NCBI GenBank assembly: GCA_963712275.1
Contig: CAVQHD010000001.1
Coordinates: 1,184,001-1,248,000, forward strand
Direction: 5' to 3'
DNA: 64,000 bases
Origin: an uncultured Rhabdochlamydiaceae bacterium
GTDB taxonomy: Bacteria > Chlamydiota > Chlamydiia > Chlamydiales > Rhabdochlamydiaceae
Shown here piece by piece: positions 19,487 to 29,234 of this stretch. The notes under the pieces were generated by a model that made no database searches, was not told the DNA's origin, and saw nothing but the letters and a program-made list of their open reading frames with translations. How positions within the stretch are numbered: position 1 is the first letter of the stretch; every line of letters starts with the position of its first letter. The translations under genes and the position numbers were made by a program.

Positions 19487-19851
19487 GCGTGTTTGACCAA
19501 TTGATTGACGATTTCTAGAATTTTTTGGCGGATTGCAGGATCATCAACCCCTCGAGAAGCATTGCCATGAGACGGTCTCAGGTTGATTATAGAATCGTAT
19601 TCAATCCATTCATCTCCAGATTGTTGAAGGTAGAGGTTGATTCCCCAGAGGTTTGCTTGTCTTGATCCATTTTCTAAAAGGATCTCTTCCCCATCCGAAT
19701 GCATTGTCATTCCAGCAACCATAATGGCTTTTTCCACATCGACGACGGCTTTAACAAAAGCACCACCCCTGCTTTTCAATTCCAGGTCGAGAAGATCGGT
19801 TTTTTGCACTTGTTGATCAATGATCTTTGTTGGCATATTAGACTGTTCCAA
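19483..19851 (-). CDS. DUF5674-like protein
   Basis: VKAVVDV, MHSDGEEILLENGS, LWGINLY and IEYDSIINLRP. Confidence 0.65.
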   Translation of the reverse strand: MEQSNMPTKIIDQQVQKTDLLDLELKSRGGAFVKAVVDVEKAIMVAGMTMHSDGEEILLENGSRQANLWGINLYLQQSGDEWIEYDSIINLRPSHGNASRGVDDPAIRQKILEIVNQLVKHA

Positions 19852-20000
19852 GTATTCTTAAGAATACCAGAAATGCTCTGGCAACGCAAGAGCGAGATTT
19901 TTCTTTTTTTGTATCGACAATTCCTTCATACAATCAGCGCCCAACTGTAGAGGCAATTCCCTCCATAGTTTTTGAATTCTTGCGGCCATGGCAAAGTTGT

Positions 20001-21251
20001 TTACTTAGAGAGCCATTGATAGAGAGGGATGAAATGAATCGTTTTCCCTTCTTTTAAGAGCACATCTTCTAAAGAAAGTGTTAAGATTTTTCCCGATGGA
20101 AGTTCTAAGGCCTGCAAACATTCTAACAGAGCATTGATCTCGCGGCTCTGCGTTTCTTGATCTTCCAGATCGGAATAGCACACTTGTATTGCATCTATAG
20201 GTTTTCCCAATTCTGTAATTATAAAGTCGACTTCTTGCACTTGTTTATAATAGAATGTTTGTTTGCCTCTACGCCTTAATTCTAAATAGACAGCATTTTC
20301 CGCCAAACGGCCCCAGTCTTCTCGATCGGATTGCAAAGATACTGTGCGCAGGCCCGTGTCAATCACGTAAATTTTTTTAGGGTCGCGGGCTTGTACTTTG
20401 AGATTAGGATGGTAACGGCTCATTTCAAAGGCAAGGAAAGCTTGTGTCAAATAACCTGTCAACGTTGAGGCTAGTTCAATCGAAATTTCAAAAGCTTTTC
20501 GCAGGGAATTGTAGGAGTGTAAACAACTGAGTCCCGTTAAATAGAAACTAACTATTTGATGTAAGGCTTGTTGATTTTTGATAGAATGTCTTGCAATAAC
20601 ATCTCGTAGCACAATATCACTAAGATATTGTTTTAATAAAATGATCCGATCATTTTCGTCTGGTGTTAAGATGACTTTTGGAAAGCCTCCCCAACGCAGA
20701 TAATCTTCTAATGCGCGTAACCAAGTTCCTTCCGTAGATGGTGTTTTACACAAAAATGATAAATATTCGGGAAAGGAAAGAGGCCAGATAGTTTGTTCGA
20801 TAACTCGTCCAGAAATAGCTGTCGCGATCTCAGAACTCAATAAATGAGAAGAAGAGCCAGTTACAACGATTTGGTAATGTCCTAAGTCGATAGCTTTTCG
20901 CACCCACCGCTCCCATCCTTGGACATTTTGGATCTCATCCAAAATGACTAGTTTGGGCATCTTTCCCATTTCTTCTTCGTAGAGTAAGAGGAGTTGATCA
21001 AGCACTTCAACGCTGGCCCCTGGAAAAAAAATCGGATCCTCAAAATTAAAAAAGAAAGTCTCCTCTAGTCTCCCTAGTGCTAATTGGACTGTCATGGAGG
21101 ATTTTCCGGAACGCCTCACTCCAGTCAGTGCTAGACAGAGATCCTTTTGTTGGCTAAGAAGGGATCTTCTGGGGACGATCAAATGGCTGTTTTTGCTCAG
21201 CCATTGCTGCCAGTCCTGTAACGCTTTTTTTAATTTGCCTCGTGTCACCAT
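20001..21251 (-). CDS. AAA_14 ATPase with DUF4143-like C-terminal domain
   Basis: GVRRSGKS, LDEIQN, TGSSS, GGFP, KIYVIDTGL and EVDF motifs. Confidence 0.9.
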   Translation of the reverse strand: MVTRGKLKKALQDWQQWLSKNSHLIVPRRSLLSQQKDLCLALTGVRRSGKSSMTVQLALGRLEETFFFNFEDPIFFPGASVEVLDQLLLLYEEEMGKMPKLVILDEIQNVQGWERWVRKAIDLGHYQIVVTGSSSHLLSSEIATAISGRVIEQTIWPLSFPEYLSFLCKTPSTEGTWLRALEDYLRWGGFPKVILTPDENDRIILLKQYLSDIVLRDVIARHSIKNQQALHQIVSFYLTGLSCLHSYNSLRKAFEISIELASTLTGYLTQAFLAFEMSRYHPNLKVQARDPKKIYVIDTGLRTVSLQSDREDWGRLAENAVYLELRRRGKQTFYYKQVQEVDFIITELGKPIDAIQVCYSDLEDQETQSREINALLECLQALELPSGKILTLSLEDVLLKEGKTIHFIPLYQWLSK

Positions 21252-21260
21252 AACCTTATT

Positions 21261-21312
21261 TTAATCGATCAGTCGATTAAAAAATCCAAAAATTAATCGA
21301 TCTACCGATTGA
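21261..21312. promoter_or_regulatory. Tandem palindromic operator-like boxes upstream of the AAA ATPase gene
   Basis: TTAATCGA-TCAG-TCGATTAA and TTAATCGA-TCTA-CCGATTGA, 32 bp apart. Confidence 0.6.
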
Positions 21313-21392
21313 TTTATGTATATTGTTAATCTTTAACAGGTTATTGACATAAAAAGGCTGAGAACTTTTTCCGGCAGTATATGTTACCATTC

Positions 21393-21446
21393 GAGGTAGT
21401 TGCAAAGCGCGGATTTGGCCTCCAAAGCGAGTTTTGCAACTACCTC
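21393..21446. mobile_element. Short 54-bp member of the palindromic element family
   Basis: GAGGTAGTTGCAAA...TTTTGCAACTACCTC, same ends as copy 3; no TSD visible. Confidence 0.75.
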
Positions 21447-21468
21447 GTTTTTTTAGAAATTTCTTCCC

Positions 21469-22263
21469 CTAAGCCCAGGGGTTGCCTACAATTGTGTCTC
21501 GCTCACCTGTATAGATGTGAGAATATCCATGAGAATAAAGATGGTTTGTGCATGCCAGATAGCCTTCGAATGTCATGTGAACATGTTCAAACATAATGGT
21601 TTTTGGTTTAATTTTTTCAAAATTAATCGATAGCAAAATTGCTTCATCATGACCTTCAGCATCCATGTGAAGCACATCGATGCGGTTGAGTTGATATTTG
21701 TCGATAATGTCCTGTAGAGTCACGCATTCGACTTGAAAAGTTTTAATATCTTTGGCAGAAAGAGAGGGCTTGCATTTGAGGATGTGATTCAGATCCAATG
21801 ATCCAACCAAATCGCCCCAGAGTCCACCTGCTTCATTCACTAAATCAGGATGGGTTTTGCAAAATTCAGAAGTTTCATCAACCATGTAAAAGTTGCCTAT
21901 TTTCCTCGTATCAGAAATCGCCACATTTTCAAAAAATACTTGAGGATGCTCTGCGTAATTCTTTTTAAGTTTTTCGAAAATCCTAGGCACGGGTTCAATT
22001 AAAATCCCTTTCCAATGTTCCTTTAAGATTAAGGCGCACAGAGGGTCGGTGCTCATGACGCCCTCATTCGATCCAATTTGAATAAAGACAATGCCTTCTT
22101 CTTTAAGAAGGCTTCTCGCTTTTTCTAATTCCTTTTCCATGTCCCTCTTTCTATAAAAAAGGCCGATTTTTTTCAACCCGGCCTCGAGATTTGACGCATT
22201 CAGAAAACTTTTGGCTGGGCAAAAATGCATCTTTCCGTTGTGTCTATACTGCGCCCACCCCAA
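21469..22263 (-). CDS. FkbM-family methyltransferase (start uncertain)
   Basis: FIQIGSNEG, GILIEP, NVAIS and IDVLHMDAEGHD motifs. Confidence 0.85.
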   Translation of the reverse strand: MGWAQYRHNGKMHFCPAKSFLNASNLEAGLKKIGLFYRKRDMEKELEKARSLLKEEGIVFIQIGSNEGVMSTDPLCALILKEHWKGILIEPVPRIFEKLKKNYAEHPQVFFENVAISDTRKIGNFYMVDETSEFCKTHPDLVNEAGGLWGDLVGSLDLNHILKCKPSLSAKDIKTFQVECVTLQDIIDKYQLNRIDVLHMDAEGHDEAILLSINFEKIKPKTIMFEHVHMTFEGYLACTNHLYSHGYSHIYTGERDTIVGNPWA

Positions 22264-22322
22264 AAGTGTGAATTTCGGCTAGCGCCAAAGCTCCTACGAT
22301 CGACGATCGCAAATTGGTTAGT

Positions 22323-22344
22323 AAGCGAGTTTTCCAACTACCTC
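22323..22344. repeat. Isolated right end of the palindromic element
   Basis: AAGCGAGTTTTCCAACTACCTC, 21/22 identical to 21425-21446. Confidence 0.65.
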
Positions 22345-22496
22345 AAGCGTCTAATTAAACTATCTTGAGCTTTAAACGGATTCAACTTGAGGGTTAAAGG
22401 CTCTATAGTTTATAGGATTTTTTCATGGATAAGAATTATGTATTGTCTCTAAGTAATCAGAAAGGTAAAATGTCGCTCCAAAAAGGAGACTTTAAT

Positions 22497-23183
22497 ATGT
22501 CCGTTAACTTAGTTGCCTATAGACCCTCTTATCAAACCCTATTTGTAGGGGTAGCAGCCGTCTCGATCGTTGCACTGTTAGCATACGCCCTCTTTTCAAG
22601 AAAAAGCTCCCAACGGTCTACTCCTAAATCTACCCCCCAACCCACGCCCATCCCGTTATCCACAGAGCAGGCTCAAGAGATTGAATCGATCAAAAACAAA
22701 ATGCGCGGAACGATTCCCTTGGTTGATAAACTGAATCTCAGCTTTCCTCTCGATCTATGGAAGAAGTTGCTCGATAATATCGGCGTCTTTACAGACCCTG
22801 AGACATCGGCTAAAGTCGACCTCAAAAAAAAAGTGATCCAATTAAATAGAGACGACATCAATGCACAGAAATTGGACAAAATCTTCCAATATATGACAGG
22901 GAGCATCATTTGTTCTTATAACTCCGGTAGTAGCACAGATTCTGCACGTGATTTTTTCTATAGAAAAGACGCATCCTCTTTTGTCCACATCCCACAAGCG
23001 CCCTCTACTTCCCGTACATTTCCAAACCACTCTTGGGCCGATAAGTGTAAGAACAATAGATTCGCCTCCGATGCTGAAAAACAACACGCTAAAAATGAGA
23101 CTATTTACAACACCCTGCGGGAAGAGAAGGAAACAATTTCTTTTACAATCTTGGATAACCGTGAAGCAGGCGTTAAAATTTAG
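22497..23183 (+). CDS. Hypothetical protein with N-terminal TM helix
   Basis: AAGGAG RBS before ATG 22497; one hydrophobic helix followed by a Pro/Thr linker. Confidence 0.7.
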   Translation: MSVNLVAYRPSYQTLFVGVAAVSIVALLAYALFSRKSSQRSTPKSTPQPTPIPLSTEQAQEIESIKNKMRGTIPLVDKLNLSFPLDLWKKLLDNIGVFTDPETSAKVDLKKKVIQLNRDDINAQKLDKIFQYMTGSIICSYNSGSSTDSARDFFYRKDASSFVHIPQAPSTSRTFPNHSWADKCKNNRFASDAEKQHAKNETIYNTLREEKETISFTILDNREAGVKI

Positions 23184-23461
23184 AGAGGATTCTAAAGCCT
23201 CAAGGTTATGCGTCAGAATGCAATCCTACTTGAGCGTTTAGGTGATTTTTTGAGTGCGAACTCTTCTTAATCTTAAACTTGAACATCTTTTTCGCAGCCT
23301 AGGTGTTACTTTTTGTTGAGTTATTTTATACGCAATTTGGCCGCTTTTGGCAGTCATTTCAACATGTGTGTGCTCGAATTCCAGGCAAGCCAATCAGTGC
23401 AAATTTTTATAGCAGGTGTTTTTCATGACTACTTGCTCTTCAGCGTAATACAATTAAATTC

Positions 23462-25128
23462 GTAACAGTTCAGATACCCCCGCCTTCGGCAGGATAGGGG
23501 TATCTGAAAAAAATGGAAGAGGATTAAACGGCGATTAATAACGGGACGACTTCTTGACGCACTTCTAATAGCCGTGGACAGCCTTTTATGGCCTCGGATA
23601 AAGCATCCCAGATATTCCAGCCCTGTTTTCGGGCTGTCGATAAGTAGCTCCGAATACGACAAAAAATCTGGCCTCCTTTGGGAGTTCTAAAACAGCCTGC
23701 GATCTTTTGCTTGAGCTTTACCATACGAATATCCTGCTCTCCTTGATTGTTCGTAAAGGGTACTGCAAAATCGTACATGAAGAGGAGGACACTGCTACGG
23801 TACTCTTGGAACCGGTCCAGAAGGTTTTTACCATCCCTCTGCTTTTGCCTGCCTCGCTTGCCTTTAGGCAAGGGAGGCAGTCGCGAGTGATATTCAAGCC
23901 CCTCAGCAATAATTTGTGTATACGCCTGTTCTATCTGGTGTAAAACCTCTTTGGGAAGCACCCATTGAGCTAGATATTTCTCGACCTCATTTTTTGCAAA
24001 AATGAGAAGGTCTTTCATCCGTTTTGCCCAACCTTCTTTTTTTTCCTCATGTATGAATGTAAGCTCCCGCAAATGATGGGCATTGCACAGCCCATGCACA
24101 ACCTGTTCGTAAGAAAAATAAGGAAACCAATGGTCATGGATCGCTTTCCCTCGGAACTGGGATAAAATATTCGCCTCATCCATTGCTTCTTTCCCACGTT
24201 TGGAATGTATCATGTAGAAAGTCGACCATTGTGATGAGGTTACGTGAACCCAGTGAAGTTTTTTCTCACATCTCATCCCTGTTTCATCAAAATGCAGAAT
24301 CTGTGCTGCTAACAGGTATACTTTTAGACTGCTCTCGAACGATTCGAGCTTCTGAAAGAGCTTTTCGTCAACATTTGCACAAGTGCCTGGTGAAATAGCA
24401 ATGCCAAAAATGTCCTCGAAGATTTCGCATACACGGTCAACAGGTATAAAATGTTGATGGGCAAAGTAAGCTGTTAGTGCTTGAACTCTCTCTCCATATT
24501 GAACGGGGCCTCTAACATTCTCAGGGAAAGCTGCCCTATTGAACTCTCCACAACAAGGACATTGTTTTTCCAGAGCACGATGTTCTGTTACCTCGATTTT
24601 TGGTTGGGGTAAATCAAAGACTTGTCGCGCTTCAGTGCAAACACCCGCTACTTGACTGAGACTCGATCCACATCCGTTACAGCTTGTAGGCGTATGAGTC
24701 ACCACTAAATCAGGATTTGCGACTTGAGCAAGACCTTTTCCGACATGTCCTTGTTGTCCTCCTGGTTTTTTGCCCGATTGATTGCGTAGGCTTTTTGGCT
24801 TTCTCTTCAACCCATCGCTGCTAGGAGGTTTGCTACTATTGGAGCTGTTTTTCGATAGACGAGTTTCTAAATCTTGGACACGGGTTTCTAGCTGTTGTAT
24901 GCGGATCTGCTGTTGCTGAATGGTTGCTTCGAGATAACGAATATATGAACGGATCGACTCGGGCAATGAATCAAAAACTTCACCGGAAAGACTTGGTATC
25001 GAACCTGTCGAATAATTCATGCTAACATGGTATCAAAAAACTCTTACGATGAAAAGTTAAATTTTATCTTCATGCCACTTTTCAGATGCCCCCTGTCTTG
25101 CCGAAGGCGGGGGTATCTGAACTGTTAC
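23462..25128 (-). mobile_element. IS66-family element with a single ORF (ISBst12-like), 1667 bp
   Basis: TIRs begin GTAACAGTTCAGATACCCCCGCCTTCGGCA; 8-bp TSD TTAAATTC at 23454-23461 and 25129-25136. Confidence 0.95.
23524..25020 (-). CDS. IS66 transposase TnpC
   Basis: NSSNSSKPPSSD, KPGGQQGH, HFDETG, CNAHHLREL and FTNNQGEQDIR motifs. Confidence 0.95.
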   Translation of the reverse strand: MNYSTGSIPSLSGEVFDSLPESIRSYIRYLEATIQQQQIRIQQLETRVQDLETRLSKNSSNSSKPPSSDGLKRKPKSLRNQSGKKPGGQQGHVGKGLAQVANPDLVVTHTPTSCNGCGSSLSQVAGVCTEARQVFDLPQPKIEVTEHRALEKQCPCCGEFNRAAFPENVRGPVQYGERVQALTAYFAHQHFIPVDRVCEIFEDIFGIAISPGTCANVDEKLFQKLESFESSLKVYLLAAQILHFDETGMRCEKKLHWVHVTSSQWSTFYMIHSKRGKEAMDEANILSQFRGKAIHDHWFPYFSYEQVVHGLCNAHHLRELTFIHEEKKEGWAKRMKDLLIFAKNEVEKYLAQWVLPKEVLHQIEQAYTQIIAEGLEYHSRLPPLPKGKRGRQKQRDGKNLLDRFQEYRSSVLLFMYDFAVPFTNNQGEQDIRMVKLKQKIAGCFRTPKGGQIFCRIRSYLSTARKQGWNIWDALSEAIKGCPRLLEVRQEVVPLLIAV

Positions 25129-25380
25129 TTAAATTCTTCTTCAAATTGCCCGATCGTTTTTAGGATTAATTCCCATGCTGGAATCTCCCTAAAAATCATG
25201 GACTCCATCAACCCGTAATCTTTTTGAAGTTCTTTCAAAACATGAGGCGGTGGCACGAGTTTCAGCGTTCCTTTTTTGGCAGTGCTATAGCTCGCCCAAG
25301 CTGATGCAAAATAAATGCTTTTGTGATTGGCTACTCTTTCAAGTAAGTTTGATTCTTCAATGGCTTTTTCCTTAAGAAAA
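25129..25380 (-). pseudogene. C-terminal relic of an AbiEii-like nucleotidyltransferase toxin, split by IS66
   Basis: Reads LLERVANHKSIYFASAWASYSTAKKGTLKLVPP...QKDYGLMESMIFREIP...FEEEFN and continues past the IS to the stop at 23429. Confidence 0.6.
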
Positions 25381-25561
25381 CCATAGATTTCACAAAAAGA
25401 GGCTATTTTTCGTGAAAAATGCTTATTGCCAGTTGGCCAACATCTTGTTGGCTAAATGGATAAGAAGAGTAGGGTTTTATCCCAGTTTCATCAAGTCTAG
25501 TGCGTAATTGAACTTTACGCAGATGAATTTTTTCAGGTTGAATTTCTGTGTGTATGCCACT

Positions 25562-25594
25562 AAAAATAAAAGACTTCAGTCGTAAAACTGAAGC
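25562..25594 (-). terminator. Rho-independent terminator of ssrA
   Basis: CTTCAGT-N6-ACTGAAG stem followed on the minus strand by a T-rich tail. Confidence 0.7.
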
Positions 25595-25606
25595 CTTAAA
25601 ATTGGA

Positions 25607-25966
25607 TGGAGGTGGAGAGATTCGAACTCTCGTCCTAAGCGAACATCCCACTCATGACTACATGCTTATCGTCTCCGAAATACAAATGATCATGCTGGAA
25701 GACGCCCCACAATTGATCACTCGTCCTTCGAAAATCTCGGCGATCTCCACTCAAAGGAGAGATGGAGGGCCACACCAGGAAAAATGACGATAGTTCCAAA
25801 GCTCCTGGTCGGACGCTGGGCTATCGGCTACTGTTAGCGGTTAAGCTTAAGCAGCTTGGGGAAGTTGTTCTTCGCCAATTATGTTGTTGCCGCTGGTTTA
25901 AGGAGGAAATCGACAACCTCCGCATGCCACGGGTCTTCAGCTCCCTAGTCGAAGCCTTTCACCCCC
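25607..25966 (-). ncRNA. ssrA: tmRNA (transfer-messenger RNA)
   Basis: 5' GGGGGTGAAAGGCTTCGAC; 3' GAGAGTTCGAATCTCTCCACCTCCA; tag ORF GEEQLPQAA* at 25876-25847. Confidence 0.93.
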
Positions 25967-26029
25967 GAATGTATTGTATCATAATAGGAGATAGTCTACC
26001 ATAAAAGGATTTTAATTGGAGTCTGAAAA

Positions 26030-29000
26030 ATGTTTGAAGTGGGTGAATCTGAGTCGTTTCCGAACCGAGAACTCAAGATTTTGGACTTTTGGAAGAGGGA
26101 AGAGATCTTTCAGAAGTCGTTGGAAAGGGTCAAAAACGGCCCTATTTTTTCCTTTTATGACGGTCCTCCCTTTGCCACGGGCCTCCCTCACTATGGGCAT
26201 CTTCTAGCGGGAACCATCAAGGACGTCGTCCCAAGGTTTTGGACGATGAAAGGGTATTATGCCCCACGGCGATTTGGGTGGGATTGCCACGGGCTTCCCG
26301 TCGAAAACGAAATTGAAAAGGCAAAAGAGCTCTCTGGGGCTCCCGACATTGAGAAGTTTGGCATCGCTCACTTTAACGAAGAGTGCAGGCAAATTGTCTT
26401 AAGATATACTCAGGAATGGGAGACAACAGTTTCTCGAATGGGTCGGTGGGTCGATTTTAGGCAGACATACCATACGATGGATAAATCATTCATGGAGTCG
26501 GTCTGGTGGGTGTTCGGAGAGCTCTATAAAAAAGGGCTTGTCTATGAAGGACTTAAAGTGATGCCCTTCTCTGCCAAACTGGGCACCCCTATTTCCAACT
26601 TCGAGGCCAACTTAAACTATCGGGATGTCGATGATCCTTCTATTGTTGTGACATTTCCTTTGGAAGATGATCCTGAAGTCTCTTTTCTTGCATGGACGAC
26701 GACGCCATGGACGCTCCCTTCAAACCTTGCGCTTGCTGTCCATCCTGATCTTGATTACGTTAAGATCCGCGATCTGGAAACAGGCCGCCTGTTCATTTTG
26801 GCAGAAGCTCGCGTTAAAGCAAACTTTGAGAAGTTCGAAATTCTGGAGATGTTTAAAGGAAAGAGGCTCAAAGGAGCGGCCTACTGCCCTCTTTTCCCTT
26901 ATTATGCCAGAGAGCGTGATGATCGGCTATTCCGCGTTCTGGTCGATGAATTTGTGACAATCGAAGAGGGAACAGGAATCGTTCACCTTGCCCCTGCCTT
27001 TGGAGAGGCTGACTTCTTCCTTTGCGAACGGGAAGGAATTGAGCCTGTTTGCCCCGTCGATCAAAACGGCCGGTATACTTCTGAGGTTCCCGACTACGAA
27101 GGGCTTTTTGTCAAAGATGCGGACAAGGAAATTATTCGCCGTCTGAAAGGGGAAAAGCGGCTGATCCGTCATGGGCAGATCAGGCACCGATACCCTTTTT
27201 GCTGGCGGTCAGATACACCGCTTATTTATAAAGCGATCCGCACCTGGTTTGTCGCTGTTGAAAAGATCAAAGATCGTCTTCTCAAGGCAAATGAGCAGAT
27301 TCATTGGGTTCCAGATCACATTAAAGAAGGACGGTTTGGAAAATGGCTGGAAAATGCACGCGACTGGGCGATCTCCCGCAATCGCTATTGGGGAACGCCG
27401 ATTCCCCTGTGGCGCAGTGATGATGGAGAGATTATTGTGATTTCGAGTGTCAAAGAGCTCGAAGAGAAGACAGGCAAGCAAATCACCGACTTGCACCGCC
27501 ATTTTATTGACGATTTAACATTTCTTCATCAAGGGAAACAATTTAAACGGATTCCAGAGGTGTTCGACTGTTGGTTTGAATCAGGGTCGATGCCGTATGC
27601 TCAAAACCACTTTCCTTTTGAAAACGAAGCCTTTACGTTGAATGCCTTTCCAGCTGATTTCATTGGAGAAGGGATCGATCAAACGAGAGCCTGGTTCTAT
27701 ACATTGACAGTTCTCTCCGTTGCTCTTTTTGACAAACCTGCCTTTAAAAACGTGATTGTCAACGGCATCCTGCTTGCAGAAGACGGGACGAAGATGTCCA
27801 AGAGGCTCAAAAACTACCCTGAACCTAGTGCAGTGATTGATCAATTCGGGGCAGATGCAGTGAGACTCTATCTACTCAGCAGCCCTGCCGTGAATGCCGA
27901 CGATCTCCGGTTTTCTGCTCGTGGAGTCGAGCTTATCCTTCGGCAAGTCCTCATTCCTCTTTGGAACTGTTATCTATTTTTAGCCACATATGCAACCATT
28001 TACCATTTCAAGCCGCAAGAGATGAAAACCACCCCCACGGCTGAAATGGACCAATGGATTTTATCCGAACTGCAAGAGCTTATAGAGAAAATGGCGCAAG
28101 CGTTTGAGTCATATGAGCTGCAAGCAGCAGTCATCCCGATTACTCGTTTTGTCGATCAACTGACCGATTGGTATATCAGAAGATCCCGGTCTCGATTTTG
28201 GGCAGATGAAGCCAGCCCAGACCGCTTTGAGGCGTTTCAAACTCTTTATACAGTGCTTCATACCGTGTGTCTCTTGACAGCTCCTGTGATTCCATTTTTA
28301 AGCGAAGCGATTTATCAACACCTTCGGCAGCAAACAGATCCGATCTCTGTCCACCTCTGCTGTTATCCAGAGCCTAGCAGCCGGTTTAAAAGACCGAAGC
28401 TTCAAGAGGAGATGTCTTTTGTGCAACAGGTTGTTAGCTTAGGACATGGACTTCGCAAAGAGCATAAACTCAAAGTCCGCCAGCCCCTTTCTTGTGCCCA
28501 CCTTATCTCCGCAAGTGATCACCACCTCTCCATTCTCAAACGGCAAGAGTCTTTGATTGCAGATGAACTCAATGTTAAAAAGATCGAGTTTCATACTGAT
28601 GAAACACAGTTTGTGAGACTCAAAGCCAAGCCGAATTTCCGCATTCTAGGAAAAAAAGTCGGCAAGCAGATGAATGCGGCGCAAGCTGAAATTCAAAAAC
28701 TTTCCCCCCAAGCGCTTGAAGAGCTTCTCTCTGGCAAGGAAGTGGCAATTGTTCTGGGGGCGGAAAAGGTTACCCTCACATCCGAAGATGTCGCTGTTGA
28801 AAGAGAAGTTCATCCTGGAGTTATTGCAACCACAGCAGGGAAGCTGACCGTGGCTCTTGACACCCACCTTTCCCAGCCGCTTATTTTGGAAGGGATTGCC
28901 CGTGAGCTTGTCAACAAAATCAATACCCTCCGTAAAGAGAGCGGTTTTGCAGTCACCGATCGGATCGACGTGAAAATTCAAACCTCACCAGAGGTCCGCA

Positions 29001-29143
29001 CAGCGTTCGAAGCGCACCGGGAGTATATTTGTCATGAAACCCTTGCCATTAGCTTTGAGTTCACTTTCTGCTCAGGAGAAACGAAGGAGATCAACGGCCA
29101 TCCGACGATCATCACCCTGCAGAAGGTTGTTCATCCGGTGTGA
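26030..29143 (+). CDS. ileS: Isoleucine--tRNA ligase (IleRS2 type)
   Basis: DGPPFATGLPHYGH, GWDCHGLP and KMSKR motifs. Confidence 0.97.
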   Translation: MFEVGESESFPNRELKILDFWKREEIFQKSLERVKNGPIFSFYDGPPFATGLPHYGHLLAGTIKDVVPRFWTMKGYYAPRRFGWDCHGLPVENEIEKAKELSGAPDIEKFGIAHFNEECRQIVLRYTQEWETTVSRMGRWVDFRQTYHTMDKSFMESVWWVFGELYKKGLVYEGLKVMPFSAKLGTPISNFEANLNYRDVDDPSIVVTFPLEDDPEVSFLAWTTTPWTLPSNLALAVHPDLDYVKIRDLETGRLFILAEARVKANFEKFEILEMFKGKRLKGAAYCPLFPYYARERDDRLFRVLVDEFVTIEEGTGIVHLAPAFGEADFFLCEREGIEPVCPVDQNGRYTSEVPDYEGLFVKDADKEIIRRLKGEKRLIRHGQIRHRYPFCWRSDTPLIYKAIRTWFVAVEKIKDRLLKANEQIHWVPDHIKEGRFGKWLENARDWAISRNRYWGTPIPLWRSDDGEIIVISSVKELEEKTGKQITDLHRHFIDDLTFLHQGKQFKRIPEVFDCWFESGSMPYAQNHFPFENEAFTLNAFPADFIGEGIDQTRAWFYTLTVLSVALFDKPAFKNVIVNGILLAEDGTKMSKRLKNYPEPSAVIDQFGADAVRLYLLSSPAVNADDLRFSARGVELILRQVLIPLWNCYLFLATYATIYHFKPQEMKTTPTAEMDQWILSELQELIEKMAQAFESYELQAAVIPITRFVDQLTDWYIRRSRSRFWADEASPDRFEAFQTLYTVLHTVCLLTAPVIPFLSEAIYQHLRQQTDPISVHLCCYPEPSSRFKRPKLQEEMSFVQQVVSLGHGLRKEHKLKVRQPLSCAHLISASDHHLSILKRQESLIADELNVKKIEFHTDETQFVRLKAKPNFRILGKKVGKQMNAAQAEIQKLSPQALEELLSGKEVAIVLGAEKVTLTSEDVAVEREVHPGVIATTAGKLTVALDTHLSQPLILEGIARELVNKINTLRKESGFAVTDRIDVKIQTSPEVRTAFEAHREYICHETLAISFEFTFCSGETKEINGHPTIITLQKVVHPV

Positions 29144-29234
29144 GTTTGCCAATCTAATTAAAATTTTGTTTTAACTTGATTAAATTTCATAAACGTGATT
29201 AAATATCTCTACTTAATTAACAAAGGATTTAGCT

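Noticed and set aside
23524..25020. IS66 transposase as mobiliser of the hairpin elements
   Set aside because: Its ends (GTAA) and 8-bp TSD do not match the elements' GA(A/G) ends and 3-4 bp TSDs
13193..25606. Intact prophage or ICE at ssrA
   Set aside because: No integrase, phage or conjugation genes, and no duplicated ssrA 3' end found by eye
25403..26004. ORFs 25403..25651, 25548..25787 and 25762..26004
   Set aside because: They overlap the tmRNA gene and show no recognisable protein motifs
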